Shown here: positions 28,678 to 39,402 of the stretch, one piece after another | Position numbering within the stretch: the first letter of the stretch is position 1 | Layout: each line of letters opens with the position of its first letter | Source of the DNA: an uncultured Gemmatimonadales bacterium | Lineage (GTDB): Bacteria > Gemmatimonadota > Gemmatimonadetes > Longimicrobiales > Longimicrobiaceae | NCBI GenBank assembly: GCA_963716255.1 | Contig: OY970303.1 | Location: 2,464,001-2,528,000, forward strand | Reading direction: 5' to 3' | Length of the DNA: 64,000 nt | Notes under the pieces: generated by a model | What the model was told of the DNA's origin: nothing | The model's database searches: none | What the model saw: only the letters and a program-made list of their open reading frames with translations | Made by a program: the position numbers and the translations under genes

Positions 28678-29039
28678 AGGAGGCTGCGCACCTCGGCCAG
28701 GACGCGGCTGGGGCCGCAGGGCTTGGTGAGCACCCGGGCGCCGGTGCGCAGCAGCGCCTCCGCCCAGGCGTCCGGCACCAGGTGCGCCGTCAGGGCGATC
28801 ACCGGGATGCCGGAGGTCTCGGGGGCCTCGTGGAGGCGCTCGGGGAGCATCTTGCCGCCCTCGGCCCAGGGAAACAGCTCGGTGAGGATGACGTCCGGCC
28901 CCTGCTCGCGCGCCAGGTGCAGTCCCTCCTCGTCGTCGCCGGCCTCCAGCACCCGGAACCCGCAGTGCGAGAGCAGCGTCGCGTACACGACGCGGCTGTC
29001 CTTGTGCGGATCGACGAGGAGCACGGTCTTCGGGACCAT
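28674..29039 (-). CDS. Single-domain response regulator receiver, atypical
   Basis: VLLVD...PDVILTE...IPVIALTA...LTKP receiver fold; Glu at the phospho-Asp position. Confidence 0.82.
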   Translation of the reverse strand: MVPKTVLLVDPHKDSRVVYATLLSHCGFRVLEAGDDEEGLHLAREQGPDVILTELFPWAEGGKMLPERLHEAPETSGIPVIALTAHLVPDAWAEALLRTGARVLTKPCGPSRVLAEVRSLL

Positions 29040-29332
29040 GGGGCACCGGGGGACGAAGGAAGCGGAGCGGGCGGAGCGCCGCGGGGGAGAAGGGATCTCC
29101 CGCGGGTGGAAGTGTGGGGACCGGACTGGCTGGATGCGCCGAAGTTAGCGCGCCGCACCCGGAAGTGCAAGCTTTCCGGCTGCGACACAAAATCGTAGCA
29201 CCATGCGAATCATCGGGTTACGCCGGCACAGGTCCGTGAACGATTCGCATAATTCCGGAAACACCTGGCAAGGAATGCAGCGTCAAGGCCGTGCGGGAGG
29301 CATGTTTGCCGCCTCGCGGGGGGACTATGCGC

Positions 29333-30220
29333 TCACTCCGGCTGCTTCTCCGGCTCGGCGGGCCAGGCGTACGCGTCCAGGACCTCGCCATACTCCCCGA
29401 ACAGCCCGGGGGGCGCGGGCCGCTTCCCGCCCTCCACCAGCGCCTGGAGCATCACGGTGTTGGTGATCCCCTTGCCGCGGTAGTGGTTGTTGGTGACCAC
29501 GAACACCTCCTCGGTCCGCGGCTCGGCGGCGATCTCCCTGGCCCGCTCCGCCCAGGGCTTCAGCTCCTGCGCGGAGTACAGGTAGTCGTAGCGCTCGTGC
29601 GGCGCGGCCTTGTCGCGGAACCAGTCCTGGTAGTTGCGGCCGTGCACCCGCACGTAGCCCACGGACGAGGTGGCGTGCGCGCTGGGGGCGATGGAATCGT
29701 GGAAGAGCGGCTGGTCGATGTTGACGAAGCCGATCCCCCGCTCCGCCAGCCCCCGGAAGAGCTCGGGCGTGTTCCAGCTCTCGTGGCGCACCTCCAGCAC
29801 CAGCGGAAAGTCCGAGAAGGTGCGGGCCAGGTCGTCCAGCCACTCGCGGTTCTCGTCCGTGCGCCGGAACGACCAGGGAAACTGGAGGAGGAGGGCGCCC
29901 AGCTTCCCCTGGTCCAACATGGGGTCGAAGGCGGCGCGCGCCTCGGCCACCTCGGCGTGCGTCCAGGCTTCCCTGCGCTGGTGCGTGAAGCGCTGCCACA
30001 GCTTCGCGGTGAAGCGGAAGTCCGGGTTGAAGCGGACCCGCCGCAGCCACGCCTCGGCCACCTCGCGGCGGGCGGGCCGGTAGAAGGTGGAGTTCACTTC
30101 CACCGTGTCGAAGTAGCCCGCGATGTACTGGAGCTCGTCGAACCCCTTCGGCTTGGGCCGCGGATAGACGATCCCCGCCCAGTCGGCGTAGCTCCACCCC
30201 GCGGGGCCGAAACGGATCAC
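29333..30220 (-). CDS. DUF72 (YecE-like) protein
   Basis: GPAGWSYADW, TVEVNSTFY, LLQFPWSF and YVRVHGRN motifs. Confidence 0.92.
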   Translation of the reverse strand: MIRFGPAGWSYADWAGIVYPRPKPKGFDELQYIAGYFDTVEVNSTFYRPARREVAEAWLRRVRFNPDFRFTAKLWQRFTHQRREAWTHAEVAEARAAFDPMLDQGKLGALLLQFPWSFRRTDENREWLDDLARTFSDFPLVLEVRHESWNTPELFRGLAERGIGFVNIDQPLFHDSIAPSAHATSSVGYVRVHGRNYQDWFRDKAAPHERYDYLYSAQELKPWAERAREIAAEPRTEEVFVVTNNHYRGKGITNTVMLQALVEGGKRPAPPGLFGEYGEVLDAYAWPAEPEKQPE

Positions 30221-30480
30221 CGGGTCATTCCTCCCCCGCCGGAGCGGAGGGCGTGGAGCAGGGACGGTTGCGTCGCATCGGCCAGGCCGGCTCGCGTTGG
30301 GGGTGCCATATACCGTTTAGCCGCATGCGGATTTGCATACCCCATGCCGCGCGCGGCATGGCGCGGGGGCCCTGAAACCGCGCATGCGCGGGCCCGAGTG
30401 CCGGAGCGAAACAACCGGCGGGCGGAGCGGTACGAGAAGGGGAGTGGAGCGAAGGTGGGAGCATTCTCGGAGGACGACCC

Positions 30481-31199
30481 ATGATCAGACCAAACGTGAG
30501 GGCTTCGTTCGGACGCGGGGAAGCGGAGTTCCTGCTGGCGCTGGCCGGCCCGGAGGGAGAAGGGCGGCTGCGGGAGGAGGGGCTGGACTCGCTCCTCGAC
30601 GACCCGCGCCTGCTGCGGGCCTTCCTGCAGCGGGGGGCGTCAGCCGGGCTCCGGCGCCGCTGGTGTTCTACCTGCTGGTGCGGCACGCCCTGCTGGAGCG
30701 GGAGATCGCCGACCGGCGCCTGGCCGACTACACCGCGGCGCTGCTGCTGGAGTTCGGCAACGCCGGGCGGGCGCACCGGCCGGACGCCGCGCACGACGAC
30801 AACTTCCGCTACCTGGCGGACATCGTGGCCGCGCTGGAGGAGGCGCGGGGGGAGCGCGAGTTCCAGCTGCGCGTGCACCTGGGCAACTTCGCGCTCTGGC
30901 TGGCGGGGGTGTTCCCCGACCACATCACGCACCGGGTGCAGCGCCGCGGCGCACCGCCCCTGTCGTACTACGACGAGATGGGCGCCATCGGCTTCCGCAC
31001 CGCGGCGGCGACCGAGGGAGCGCTCCGGCAGGGGATGGGGGACCTGCTGCTCCGCTTCTCCGACGAGTTCAGCAACGTGCGGGCGGCGCTCAACACCCTT
31101 TCCGACGCGCTCTTCTTCCCGCAGCCCCGCGACGGCGTGGAGCGGGTGCTGCGCGAGGTGGCGGACCGCTTTCACCGGGGGCCGCGGCGGGGGGGGTGA
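30481..31199 (+). pseudogene. Hypothetical protein split by a frameshift in a G6 run
   Basis: Coding-like frame MIRPNVRASF...FLQR switches at 30632-30637 to GVSRAPAPLVFYLLVRH...HLGNFALWLAGVFPD; one extra G restores a single ORF. Confidence 0.7.
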
Positions 31200-31358
31200 G
31201 TGCGGGAGGACTGCGGGGGCGGGGCGGGCGGCGCGGGGCCGTTCCGCCCCGCATGCGTTTCCGGGCGGACGGTGCGCGAGACACCACGATGCGCGTATAT
31301 TGGGTCTGTCGCGCGGCGCCCGCCGCACGGGAGTGAAACGCAGCCGCGGAACGACACC

Positions 31359-31802
31359 TTGAGCCACTCCGAATCCCAGGGCATCCCCGCCGAGACCGCC
31401 CGGATGCTCCTGCGCCGCGCCCGCGAGGCGCGAGTCCACGCCTACGTCCCCTACTCGCACTTTCCCGTGGGCGCCGCCCTGCTCGCAGACGGCGGCGAGG
31501 TGTTCACCGGCTGCAACGTGGAGAACGCTTCCTTCGGCCTCACCAACTGTGCCGAGCGGGTGGCCATCGGCAAGGCGGTCTCGGAGGGGGTGCGCGGCTT
31601 CCGCGCGGTGGCGGTGGTGGGCCCGCAGGACGACGCCCCGTGCGCCCCGTGCGGCGCATGCCGCCAGGTGCTCCACGAGTTCGGCCCGGAGATGGTGGTG
31701 GTGATGCCGCGCGGCGACGGCTACTCGCTGACGACCATGCGCGAGCTGCTCCCCGGGGCCTTCGACGAGAGCCGCCTGGCCGGCGCTGAGCCCCGCGGAT
31801 GA
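31359..31802 (+). CDS. cdd: Cytidine deaminase
   Basis: PYSHFPVGAA, NVENAS, CAER and PCGACRQ motifs; start is TTG 31359 or ATG 31404. Confidence 0.93.
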   Translation: MSHSESQGIPAETARMLLRRAREARVHAYVPYSHFPVGAALLADGGEVFTGCNVENASFGLTNCAERVAIGKAVSEGVRGFRAVAVVGPQDDAPCAPCGACRQVLHEFGPEMVVVMPRGDGYSLTTMRELLPGAFDESRLAGAEPRG

Positions 31803-33124
31803 GCGGCGCACCGAACGTCGTCGCGCTCATCGACCGCAAGAAGCGCGGGGGCGAGCTGACGGAGGACGAGATCCGCTTCCTGCTGGAAGGGTTCGTGGCG
31901 AAGCGCATCCCCGACTACCAGCTGTCCGCCTGGCTCATGGCGGTGGTGTGGCGGGGGATGACGGAGGGGGAGACGCTGGCGCTCACCCGGGCCATGGTGG
32001 AGAGCGGGACGACGCTGGACTGGAGCGGGCTGGACCGGCCCACGGTGGACAAGCACAGCACCGGCGGGGTGGGCGACAAGACCTCCATCGTGCTGGTGCC
32101 GCTGATGGCCGCGGCGGGCGCGGCGTTCGTGAAGATGTCCGGCCGCGGGCTGGGCCACACCGGCGGTACGCTGGACAAGCTGGAGGCGATCCCCGGCTTC
32201 CGGGTGAGCCTGGGGCTGGAGGAGATGCGCGCCCAGGTGGAGCGGATCGGGTGCGCGCTGGTGGGGCAGAGCCCCGAGCTGGTCCCCGCCGACGGCGCCC
32301 TGTACGCCCTGCGCGACGTGACCGGCACCGTGGAATCGGTGCCGCTGATCGCCGGGAGCATCATGTCCAAGAAGCTGGCCGGCGGCGCGCGCACCCTGGT
32401 GCTGGACGTCAAGTGGGGCGCCGGCGCCTTCATGACCACGCTGGAGGAGGCGCGCACGCTGGCGCGCGCGCTGGTGCGCATCGGCGAGGGGGCGGGGCGG
32501 CGGACGCGCGCGGTGCTCAGCCCCATGGACGAGCCGCTGGGGCGCGCCGTGGGCAACGCCCTGGAGGTGCGCGAGGCCATCGACACGCTGCGCGGCGGCG
32601 GCCCCCCCGAGCTGTGGGAGCTCACCGTGGAGCTGGGGACGCACCTGCTCGTCCTCGCCGGGCTGGCGGCGGACGATGCCGCGGCCCGCGCCCGCCTGGC
32701 GGAGCTGCGCGACAGCGGCCGCGCCGCCGAGGCCTTCGCCGAGCTGGTGCGCGCGCAGGGCGGCGACGCGCGCGTGGTGGAAGACCCGGACGCGGTCCTC
32801 GCCCGCGCCCCCGTGGTGCGCGAGCTCCTGTCGGACGCCGACGGCGACCGCTGGGTGGCCGCGCTGGACGCGCGCGGCGTGGGCGTGGCGGCGCTCGACC
32901 TGGGCGCCGGCCGCCGCACCAAGGCCGACCCGGTGGACCCCGCCGTGGGGATCGTGCTGCGCGCCCGAATCGGCGACCGGGTGGCTCCCGGCCAGCCCCT
33001 CGCCGAGATCCACGCCCGCACCGGGGCCGCCTGGGAGGAGGCCGCCGCCCGGCTCCGCGCCCTGTACCGGCTGGTTCCGGAGCCGGTGCGGCGGGAAGCC
33101 ACGCGGTACGAGACGATCGGGTGA
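31799..33124 (+). CDS. pdp: Pyrimidine-nucleoside/thymidine phosphorylase
   Basis: DKHSTGGVGDK, KMSGRGLGHTGGTLDKLE and SIMSKK motifs. Confidence 0.93.
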   Translation: MSGAPNVVALIDRKKRGGELTEDEIRFLLEGFVAKRIPDYQLSAWLMAVVWRGMTEGETLALTRAMVESGTTLDWSGLDRPTVDKHSTGGVGDKTSIVLVPLMAAAGAAFVKMSGRGLGHTGGTLDKLEAIPGFRVSLGLEEMRAQVERIGCALVGQSPELVPADGALYALRDVTGTVESVPLIAGSIMSKKLAGGARTLVLDVKWGAGAFMTTLEEARTLARALVRIGEGAGRRTRAVLSPMDEPLGRAVGNALEVREAIDTLRGGGPPELWELTVELGTHLLVLAGLAADDAAARARLAELRDSGRAAEAFAELVRAQGGDARVVEDPDAVLARAPVVRELLSDADGDRWVAALDARGVGVAALDLGAGRRTKADPVDPAVGIVLRARIGDRVAPGQPLAEIHARTGAAWEEAAARLRALYRLVPEPVRREATRYETIG

Positions 33125-33155
33125 CGACCATCCAACCGAGCAGCAGGGACACCGG

Positions 33156-34958
33156 ATGAAGAGAATCCTCGCGCGATGTGCCCTGGCGGGCGGACTGGCG
33201 CTCGCCGCCTGCGCCCCTCAGCCCCCGGCGGCGGCCGGTCCCGCGCCGCAGGCCGGCCCGGCGGCGGCCGCCGGCGCCGACGCGCTGGCGCGGCAGGTCA
33301 ACGCCGTCGCCGACGAGTACATGGCCGCGCTGCTGGAGCGCAACCCCGAGCAGGTCACCTTCTACGGGGTCCCGGGCGGGCGGCACGACCGCCTCACCGA
33401 CAATTCCCCGGCCGCGCTCCGCGCCTGGCAGGCGCGCGAGGACGCCTGGCTCGCGCGCATGGCGGCGATGGACCCCGCGCCGCTGGACGGGCGCGCCGAG
33501 CGGGCGACGTACGCCATCCTCCGCGACGCGCTGGAATCGGCGCGCGCCATGCGCGCGTGCCGCAACGAGCTGTGGCCGGTGAACCAGCTCACGGGCTGGC
33601 AGTCCAACCTCCCCTTCCTGGCGCAGCTCCAGCCCGTGGGAACGCCGGAGCTGCGCGCCCAGGCGCTGGCGCGCGCCCGCGCCGTGCCGGGGTACCTGGA
33701 CAACGAGATCGCCTCGCTGCGGGAGGGGATCCGCCTGGGCCACACCTCGCCCCGGGTCAACGTCCGCCGCGTGCTCGCGCAGGTGGACGGCATCCTCGCC
33801 GACCCCGCGGCGACCTCGCCCTTCACCAGCCCGGCCGCGCGCGACAGCACGCCGGAGTTCCGCCGCGAGCTGGAGCAGGTCGTGGGCGGCCAGGTGCTCC
33901 CGGCGGTGCGCCGCTACCGCGACTTCCTGCGCGACGTGTACCTCCCGGCCGCGCGCGACGACGTCGCCGTGACCGCGAACACGGACGGCGCCGCGTGCTA
34001 CCCGGCCGCCGTCCGCAGCTTCACCACGCTGGAGCTGACGCCGCGCCAGGTGCACGAGATGGGGCTGCGGCAGATGGACACGATCCAGCGGGAGATGCGG
34101 GCGATCGCCCGGCGCAGCTTTGCCACGGACGACGTCCCCGCCCTGCTGCAGCGCTTCCGCACCGACCGGCAGTTCATGTTCCGCACGCGCGAGGAGATGG
34201 TGGCGTACGCCCGCGGCGCGCTGGACCGCGCCAGGCGCGAGATGCCGAAGTGGTTCGGCACCCTGCCCCGGGCGGACGTGGTGATCGAGCCGTACCCGGA
34301 GTTCCAGGAGGCGTCCGCGCCGGGCGGGGAGTACTTCAACCCGTCGGAGGACGGCTCGCGGCCGGGCACGTACCGCATCAACACCTACCGGCCGGAGACG
34401 CGGAGCCGGGTGGGGCTGGAGTCCACCGCCTTCCACGAGACCATCCCCGGGCACCACCTGCAGGGCGCCATCGCCCAGGAGCAGCAGGGATCGCACGCCG
34501 TCGCCCGCTTCCTCTTCAACTCCGGCTACGCCGAGGGGTGGGGGCTGTACGCGGAGCGGCTGGCGGACGAGATGGGGCTCTTCTCCTCGGACATGGACCG
34601 CATGGGGCTGCTCTCCAACGAGGCGCTGCGGGCCGCGCGCCTGGTGGTGGACCCGGGGATGCACGCGCTGGGCTGGTCGCGCGAGCGGGCCGTCGAGTAC
34701 ATGCTCCAGCACACCGCCGAGTCGCGCGACGCGGTGGAGACCGAGGTGGACCGCTACATCAACTGGCCCGGCCAGGCCACCGCCTACATGGTGGGCAACC
34801 TGGAGATCCGCCGCCTGCGCGCCATGGCCGAGCGCGAGCTGGGCCCCAGGTTCAACGTCCGCGAGTTCCACGACGTGGTCCTGGGGGCCGGCAGCGTGCC
34901 CCTCCCCCTCCTGGGCCACAACGTGGAGCGGTGGATCGCCCGCAGAAAGGCATCGTAG
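33156..34958 (+). CDS. DUF885 family lipoprotein
   Basis: LAAC lipobox; HETIPGHHLQ, EGWGLYAE and PGQATAY motifs. Confidence 0.92.
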   Translation: MKRILARCALAGGLALAACAPQPPAAAGPAPQAGPAAAAGADALARQVNAVADEYMAALLERNPEQVTFYGVPGGRHDRLTDNSPAALRAWQAREDAWLARMAAMDPAPLDGRAERATYAILRDALESARAMRACRNELWPVNQLTGWQSNLPFLAQLQPVGTPELRAQALARARAVPGYLDNEIASLREGIRLGHTSPRVNVRRVLAQVDGILADPAATSPFTSPAARDSTPEFRRELEQVVGGQVLPAVRRYRDFLRDVYLPAARDDVAVTANTDGAACYPAAVRSFTTLELTPRQVHEMGLRQMDTIQREMRAIARRSFATDDVPALLQRFRTDRQFMFRTREEMVAYARGALDRARREMPKWFGTLPRADVVIEPYPEFQEASAPGGEYFNPSEDGSRPGTYRINTYRPETRSRVGLESTAFHETIPGHHLQGAIAQEQQGSHAVARFLFNSGYAEGWGLYAERLADEMGLFSSDMDRMGLLSNEALRAARLVVDPGMHALGWSRERAVEYMLQHTAESRDAVETEVDRYINWPGQATAYMVGNLEIRRLRAMAERELGPRFNVREFHDVVLGAGSVPLPLLGHNVERWIARRKAS

Positions 34959-35000
34959 CGGGAGCCCCCGGCCGCGGGCGGCCGGGAAACGGATCGGGAC

Positions 35001-35038
35001 GGGCGGGGCGGCCGGGGATCGGCCGCCCCGCCCTTTTT
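35001..35038 (+). terminator. Rho-independent terminator
   Basis: GGGCGGGGCGGCCG/CGGCCGCCCCGCCC stem followed by TTTTT. Confidence 0.85.
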
Positions 35039-35213
35039 GTGTCCTCAATGGCGGAAACGTACGGCGGGCCTCCTATCTGCGCCCCACCGAAGCAGATCGG
35101 AGCGCTATGTAGATCTGTTCCCCGCAATTCGTGGCACGCTGTTTGACCGTGTCCACTCCCCCGGTGCGCGCTCCTGCCCGCCGGCGCCGAAGCACTCCGA
35201 ACGACAAGATCGC

Positions 35214-36383
35214 ATGACGCTTCCCGTCACCCGGGAGCCGGACGCAGCCCGGCTCCCCGACCTCGTCTGCCTCTCGCACCTGCGCTGGGACTTCGTCTAC
35301 CAGCGCCCGCAGCACCTGCTCAGCCGCTTCGCCCGGGAGCGGCGGGTGTTCTTCGTGGAGGAGCCGCTCTTCGACGCGGGAGAGCCGTACCTGCACGTGG
35401 AGCGGCGCGAGGACGGCCTGCACGTGGTGGTGCCGCACCTGGTCCAGGGGCGGTGGGACGAGGTGGACCGGCTGCAGGGCGAGCTGCTGGACGGACTCCT
35501 CCGCGAGCACGGCGTCCGCGACTACGTGCTGTGGTACTACACCCCCGTCCCGGTCGTCTTCACTGGCCACCTGGAGCCGCTGGCCACCGTCTACGACTGC
35601 ATGGACGAGCTGTCCGCCTTCAAGGGGGCCACCCCCGTGATGGTGGAGCGCGAGACCGAGCTGCTGCGCCACGCCGACCTGGTGTTCACCGGCGGCCAGA
35701 GCCTGTACGAGGCGAAGCGCGACCGCCACCCCAGGGTGTACGCCTTTCCCAGCAGCATCGACGCCGCGCACTTCGCCCGGGCCCGGGAGCGGTCCGCTGC
35801 GGCGGAAGCGGCGCGGGAGCGGCCCCTGCTGGGCTACTACGGCGTGATCGACGAGCGGATGGACCTGGAGCTGCTGGCCGGCGTGGCCCGGGCGCGCCCG
35901 GAATGGGAGCTGGTGATGGTGGGGCCGGTGGTGAAGATCGATGAGGCCGACCTCCCCCGCCTCCCCAACCTCCACTTCCCCGGCGGCGCCGAGTACGCGC
36001 GGCTCCCGGAGCTGGTCGCCGGGTGGGACGTGGCGCTGATCCCCTTCGCGATCAACGAGTCCACCCGCTTCATCAGCCCCACCAAGACCCCCGAGTACCT
36101 GGCGGCGGGGAAGCCGGTGGTCTCCACCCCCATCCGCGACGTGGTGCGCCCCTACGGCGAGCAGCAGCTGGTGCGCATCGCCGGCACCGTGCCCGAGTTC
36201 GTGGCGGCGGTGGAGGCGGCGCTGGCGGACGGCGCGGCCACGCGCGCGGCCTGGCTGGAGCGGGTGGACGCCCTGCTGGCGGGGACCTCGTGGGACCGCA
36301 CCTGGCGCGCCATGGACCAGCTGGTGGAAGAAGCCGTCCCGGGGTGGAACGGCGCGAAGGACGACGAGCTGGCGGCGGACTAG
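35214..36383 (+). CDS. Glycosyltransferase (GT-B, GT4-like)
   Basis: SHLRWDFVYQRPQHL, YDCMDELS and SPTKTPEYLAAGKPVVST motifs. Confidence 0.9.
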   Translation: MTLPVTREPDAARLPDLVCLSHLRWDFVYQRPQHLLSRFARERRVFFVEEPLFDAGEPYLHVERREDGLHVVVPHLVQGRWDEVDRLQGELLDGLLREHGVRDYVLWYYTPVPVVFTGHLEPLATVYDCMDELSAFKGATPVMVERETELLRHADLVFTGGQSLYEAKRDRHPRVYAFPSSIDAAHFARARERSAAAEAARERPLLGYYGVIDERMDLELLAGVARARPEWELVMVGPVVKIDEADLPRLPNLHFPGGAEYARLPELVAGWDVALIPFAINESTRFISPTKTPEYLAAGKPVVSTPIRDVVRPYGEQQLVRIAGTVPEFVAAVEAALADGAATRAAWLERVDALLAGTSWDRTWRAMDQLVEEAVPGWNGAKDDELAAD

Positions 36384-36459
36384 GACGGCGGGGAAGCCGG
36401 GGACGGAGATGCTCTGTGGACGCCGGGACGACACGCTCGCTGAAAGGGCACGAAAGGCC

Positions 36460-37692
36460 ATGTTCGACTATCTGATCGTAGGCGCGGGGTTCGCGGGGAG
36501 CGTGCTGGCGGAGCGGCTTGCTTCGGAGGCGGGGAAGAAGGTGCTGATCGTGGACCGGCGCGGCCACATCGGGGGCAACGCCTACGACCACTACAACGAC
36601 GAGGGCGTGCTGGTGCACCGCTACGGCCCGCACATCTTCCACACCAACTCGCGCGAGGTTTTCGAGTACCTGTCGCGCTTCACGGAGTGGCGGCCGTACA
36701 TGCACCGGGTGCTCGCCAGCGTGGACGGGCAGCTGGTGCCCATGCCCATCAACCTGAACACCATCAACCAGCTCTACGGGCTGTCGCTGAACTCCTTCGA
36801 GCTGGAAAAGTTCTTCGAATCGGTGGCCGAGCCGCGCGAGGAGCTGCGCACCTCCGAGGACGTGGTGGTGAGCAAGGTGGGGCGCGAGCTGTACGAGAAG
36901 TTCTTCCGCAACTACACCCGCAAGCAGTGGGGGATGGACCCGTCCGAGCTGGACGCCTCGGTGACTGCGCGCGTGCCCACCCGCACCAACCGCGACGACC
37001 GGTACTTCACCGACACCTACCAGGCCATGCCGCTGCACGGCTACACCCGGATGTTCGAGAGCATGCTCTCGCACCCCAACATCAAGGTGATGCTGAACAC
37101 GGACTACCGGGAGATCGAGGACATGATCCCCTTCCGGGAGATGGTCTACACGGGGCCCGTCGACGAGTTCTTCGACTACCGCTACGGCAAGCTCCCGTAC
37201 CGCTCGCTCCGCTTCCGGCACGAGACGCTGAACCAGCCGGTGTTCCAGCCCGCGCCGGTGGTGAACTACCCCAACGAGCAGCTGTTCACCCGCGTCACCG
37301 AGTTCAAGTACCTGACCGGGCAGGAGCACGCCAAGACGGCCGTGGTCTACGAGTTCCCGTGCGACGAGGGCGACCCGTACTACCCGGTGCCGCGCCCGGA
37401 GAACGCCGAGGTCTACCGGCGGTACAAGGCGCTCGCCGACGACACCCCGGCGGTGCACTTCGTGGGGCGGCTGGCCACCTACAAGTACTACAACATGGAC
37501 CAGGTGGTGGCCCAGGCGCTCACCACCTTCGCGCGGATCATGGGGACCAAGCGCCCCCGGCGCCCCGTGGGGGTGGTGGAGACGGCGGCCGCCCCGGCGG
37601 GGGGCGGCTGGGGCGAGGACGCCCGCGGCTCCAACGGGGGGCGGAGCTCGCTCCCCATGGCCGCCGCCCCCGCGAGGGCCGAGGAGCGGTAG
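36460..37692 (+). CDS. glf: UDP-galactopyranose mutase
   Basis: IVGAGFAG, HIGGNAYD, YGPHIFHT and GRLATYKYYNMDQ motifs. Confidence 0.96.
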   Translation: MFDYLIVGAGFAGSVLAERLASEAGKKVLIVDRRGHIGGNAYDHYNDEGVLVHRYGPHIFHTNSREVFEYLSRFTEWRPYMHRVLASVDGQLVPMPINLNTINQLYGLSLNSFELEKFFESVAEPREELRTSEDVVVSKVGRELYEKFFRNYTRKQWGMDPSELDASVTARVPTRTNRDDRYFTDTYQAMPLHGYTRMFESMLSHPNIKVMLNTDYREIEDMIPFREMVYTGPVDEFFDYRYGKLPYRSLRFRHETLNQPVFQPAPVVNYPNEQLFTRVTEFKYLTGQEHAKTAVVYEFPCDEGDPYYPVPRPENAEVYRRYKALADDTPAVHFVGRLATYKYYNMDQVVAQALTTFARIMGTKRPRRPVGVVETAAAPAGGGWGEDARGSNGGRSSLPMAAAPARAEER

Positions 37693-37947
37693 CGGACGCG
37701 CACTCCTTTCCGGACCGGCAAGAAGTGCCCGGCGCCCACGCGGCGCCGGGCACCTGCTTTCTCGGCCATGTCGCGCATCCGCAACCACTTGCTAGATTTC
37801 GCCATGCGGGCGCCGCGGTGGTATCCCCCTTGCCGCAGCGCTCCCCGAAACCCACTCTCCCGAACCGCTCCCCGTGGCCACCACGCGGCCGTGCCTCCGC
37901 CCGGCCGGGGTCGCTTTCCGCGCGCCGTCCACCCATCCGCAGCGCCC

Positions 37948-39150
37948 ATGCAGCCGCTTCCGTTTTTCTTTGCCACGGGGATCGAGAACAGCTACCCCAC
38001 GATCGCCGGCGGCAAGCGCATCGACCAGATGGAGAAGTGCGGGCACTACGCCCGCTGGGAGGAGGACTTCGAGCTGGTGCGCGAGCTGGGGCTCGGCGCG
38101 CTCCGCTACGGTCCGGCCTACTACCGCACGCACGTGGGCCCCGACCGCTTCGACTGGTCCAGCGCCGACGAGCCCATGGAGCGCCTGCGCACGCTGGGCG
38201 TGGAGGTGATCGCGGACCTGTGCCACTTCGGCGTGCCGGACTGGCTGGGCGGGTTCCAGGACCCGGCCTTTCCCGTGCTCTTCGCCGAGTACGCGCGGGC
38301 TTTCGCCAGGCGGTACCCCTGGGTGCGCTACTACACCCCGGTGAACGAGATCTTCGTGTGCGCCAGCTTCTCGGCGCTGCGCGGGTGGTGGAACGAGTGC
38401 GAGACGAGCGACCGGGCCTTCGTGACGGCCATGCGCAACCTGTGCATGGCGCACGAGCTCGCGGTGGAGGCCATCGTCTCCGAGCGCCCGGACGCCGTCA
38501 TCGTGCAGGGCGAGTCGATGGAGCACTTCCACCCCGCCGGCAGGGCCTCGGAGCGGCAGGCCGACCACCTCAACGCGGTCAAGTTCCTGTCGCTGGACCT
38601 GACGCTGGGGCACGAGCCGGCGCCTGGGATGACACGCTTCCTCAACGAGCACGGCGTCACCTCCAACGACCTCAGCTTCTTCCGCGAGAAGCGGGTGCCG
38701 GGGCAGCGCTGGATCGGGCTGGACTACTACCCCACCTGCGAGCACCGGGTGGCCTCCACCGGGCGGTGCACCACCCGCCGGCAGCCCCACGGCTTCCGCG
38801 CGCTGGCCGCGGAGTACCACGCGCGCTACCGCAAGCCGCTCTTCCACTGCGAGACCAACCGGGTGAGCCACCTGGCCGTGGACTGGCTGCGGCGGCAGTG
38901 GGACGACGTGCAGGCGCTGCGCGTGGCCGGCATCCCCGTGACCGGCTTCACCTGGTACTCGCTCACCGACCAGGTGGACTGGCAGCACGCCCTGCGCGTG
39001 GAGCGCGACGACCTGCACCCGGTGGGGCTCTACGACCTGGACCGCCGGATCCGCCCGGTGGGCGAGGCCTTTCGCGACCTGGTCGCCCGGCACTCCGGCG
39101 AGGAGGCCGCTCCCGCCACGGCGGCGAGCCCGCAGTCGCTGACGGCCTGA
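37948..39150 (+). CDS. Family 1 glycoside hydrolase-like protein
   Basis: FATGIENS, DLCHFG, TPVNE (acid/base), CETN (nucleophile) and WYSLTDQ motifs. Confidence 0.85.
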   Translation: MQPLPFFFATGIENSYPTIAGGKRIDQMEKCGHYARWEEDFELVRELGLGALRYGPAYYRTHVGPDRFDWSSADEPMERLRTLGVEVIADLCHFGVPDWLGGFQDPAFPVLFAEYARAFARRYPWVRYYTPVNEIFVCASFSALRGWWNECETSDRAFVTAMRNLCMAHELAVEAIVSERPDAVIVQGESMEHFHPAGRASERQADHLNAVKFLSLDLTLGHEPAPGMTRFLNEHGVTSNDLSFFREKRVPGQRWIGLDYYPTCEHRVASTGRCTTRRQPHGFRALAAEYHARYRKPLFHCETNRVSHLAVDWLRRQWDDVQALRVAGIPVTGFTWYSLTDQVDWQHALRVERDDLHPVGLYDLDRRIRPVGEAFRDLVARHSGEEAAPATAASPQSLTA

Positions 39151-39171
39151 GCCGCTCCGCCCGGCCGGGCG

Positions 39172-39217
39172 GAACGAAAAGGAGGGGGCGCCGGAGGGCG
39201 CCCCCTCCTTTTCGTTC
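39172..39217. terminator. Bidirectional terminator-like hairpin
   Basis: GAACGAAAAGGAGGGGGCGCC-ggag-GGCGCCCCCTCCTTTTCGTTC. Confidence 0.8.
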
Positions 39218-39239
39218 GCCGGGGGCCCCCATCCCCCCG

Positions 39240-39380
39240 GCCCCCACCCGGCTCGCTTGGGGCTCGCCACCCTCCCCCATTTCTGGGGGAGGGCTGTCTG
39301 ATCCTCGGCCTCCCGCGCGCAGTTCGCCCCTCCCTCGCTTGCGGGGGACGGGTGGCGCGCAGCGCCGGGGTGGGGGGCTC
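39240..39380. repeat. Cluster of REP-like elements, family 3
   Basis: CCCCCACCCGGCTCGCTT..., CCTCCCCCA/TGGGGGAGG and CCCTCGC/GCGGGGG hairpins. Confidence 0.55.
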
Positions 39381-39402
39381 CCGCGGGCGCCAGCGCGAAA
39401 CC

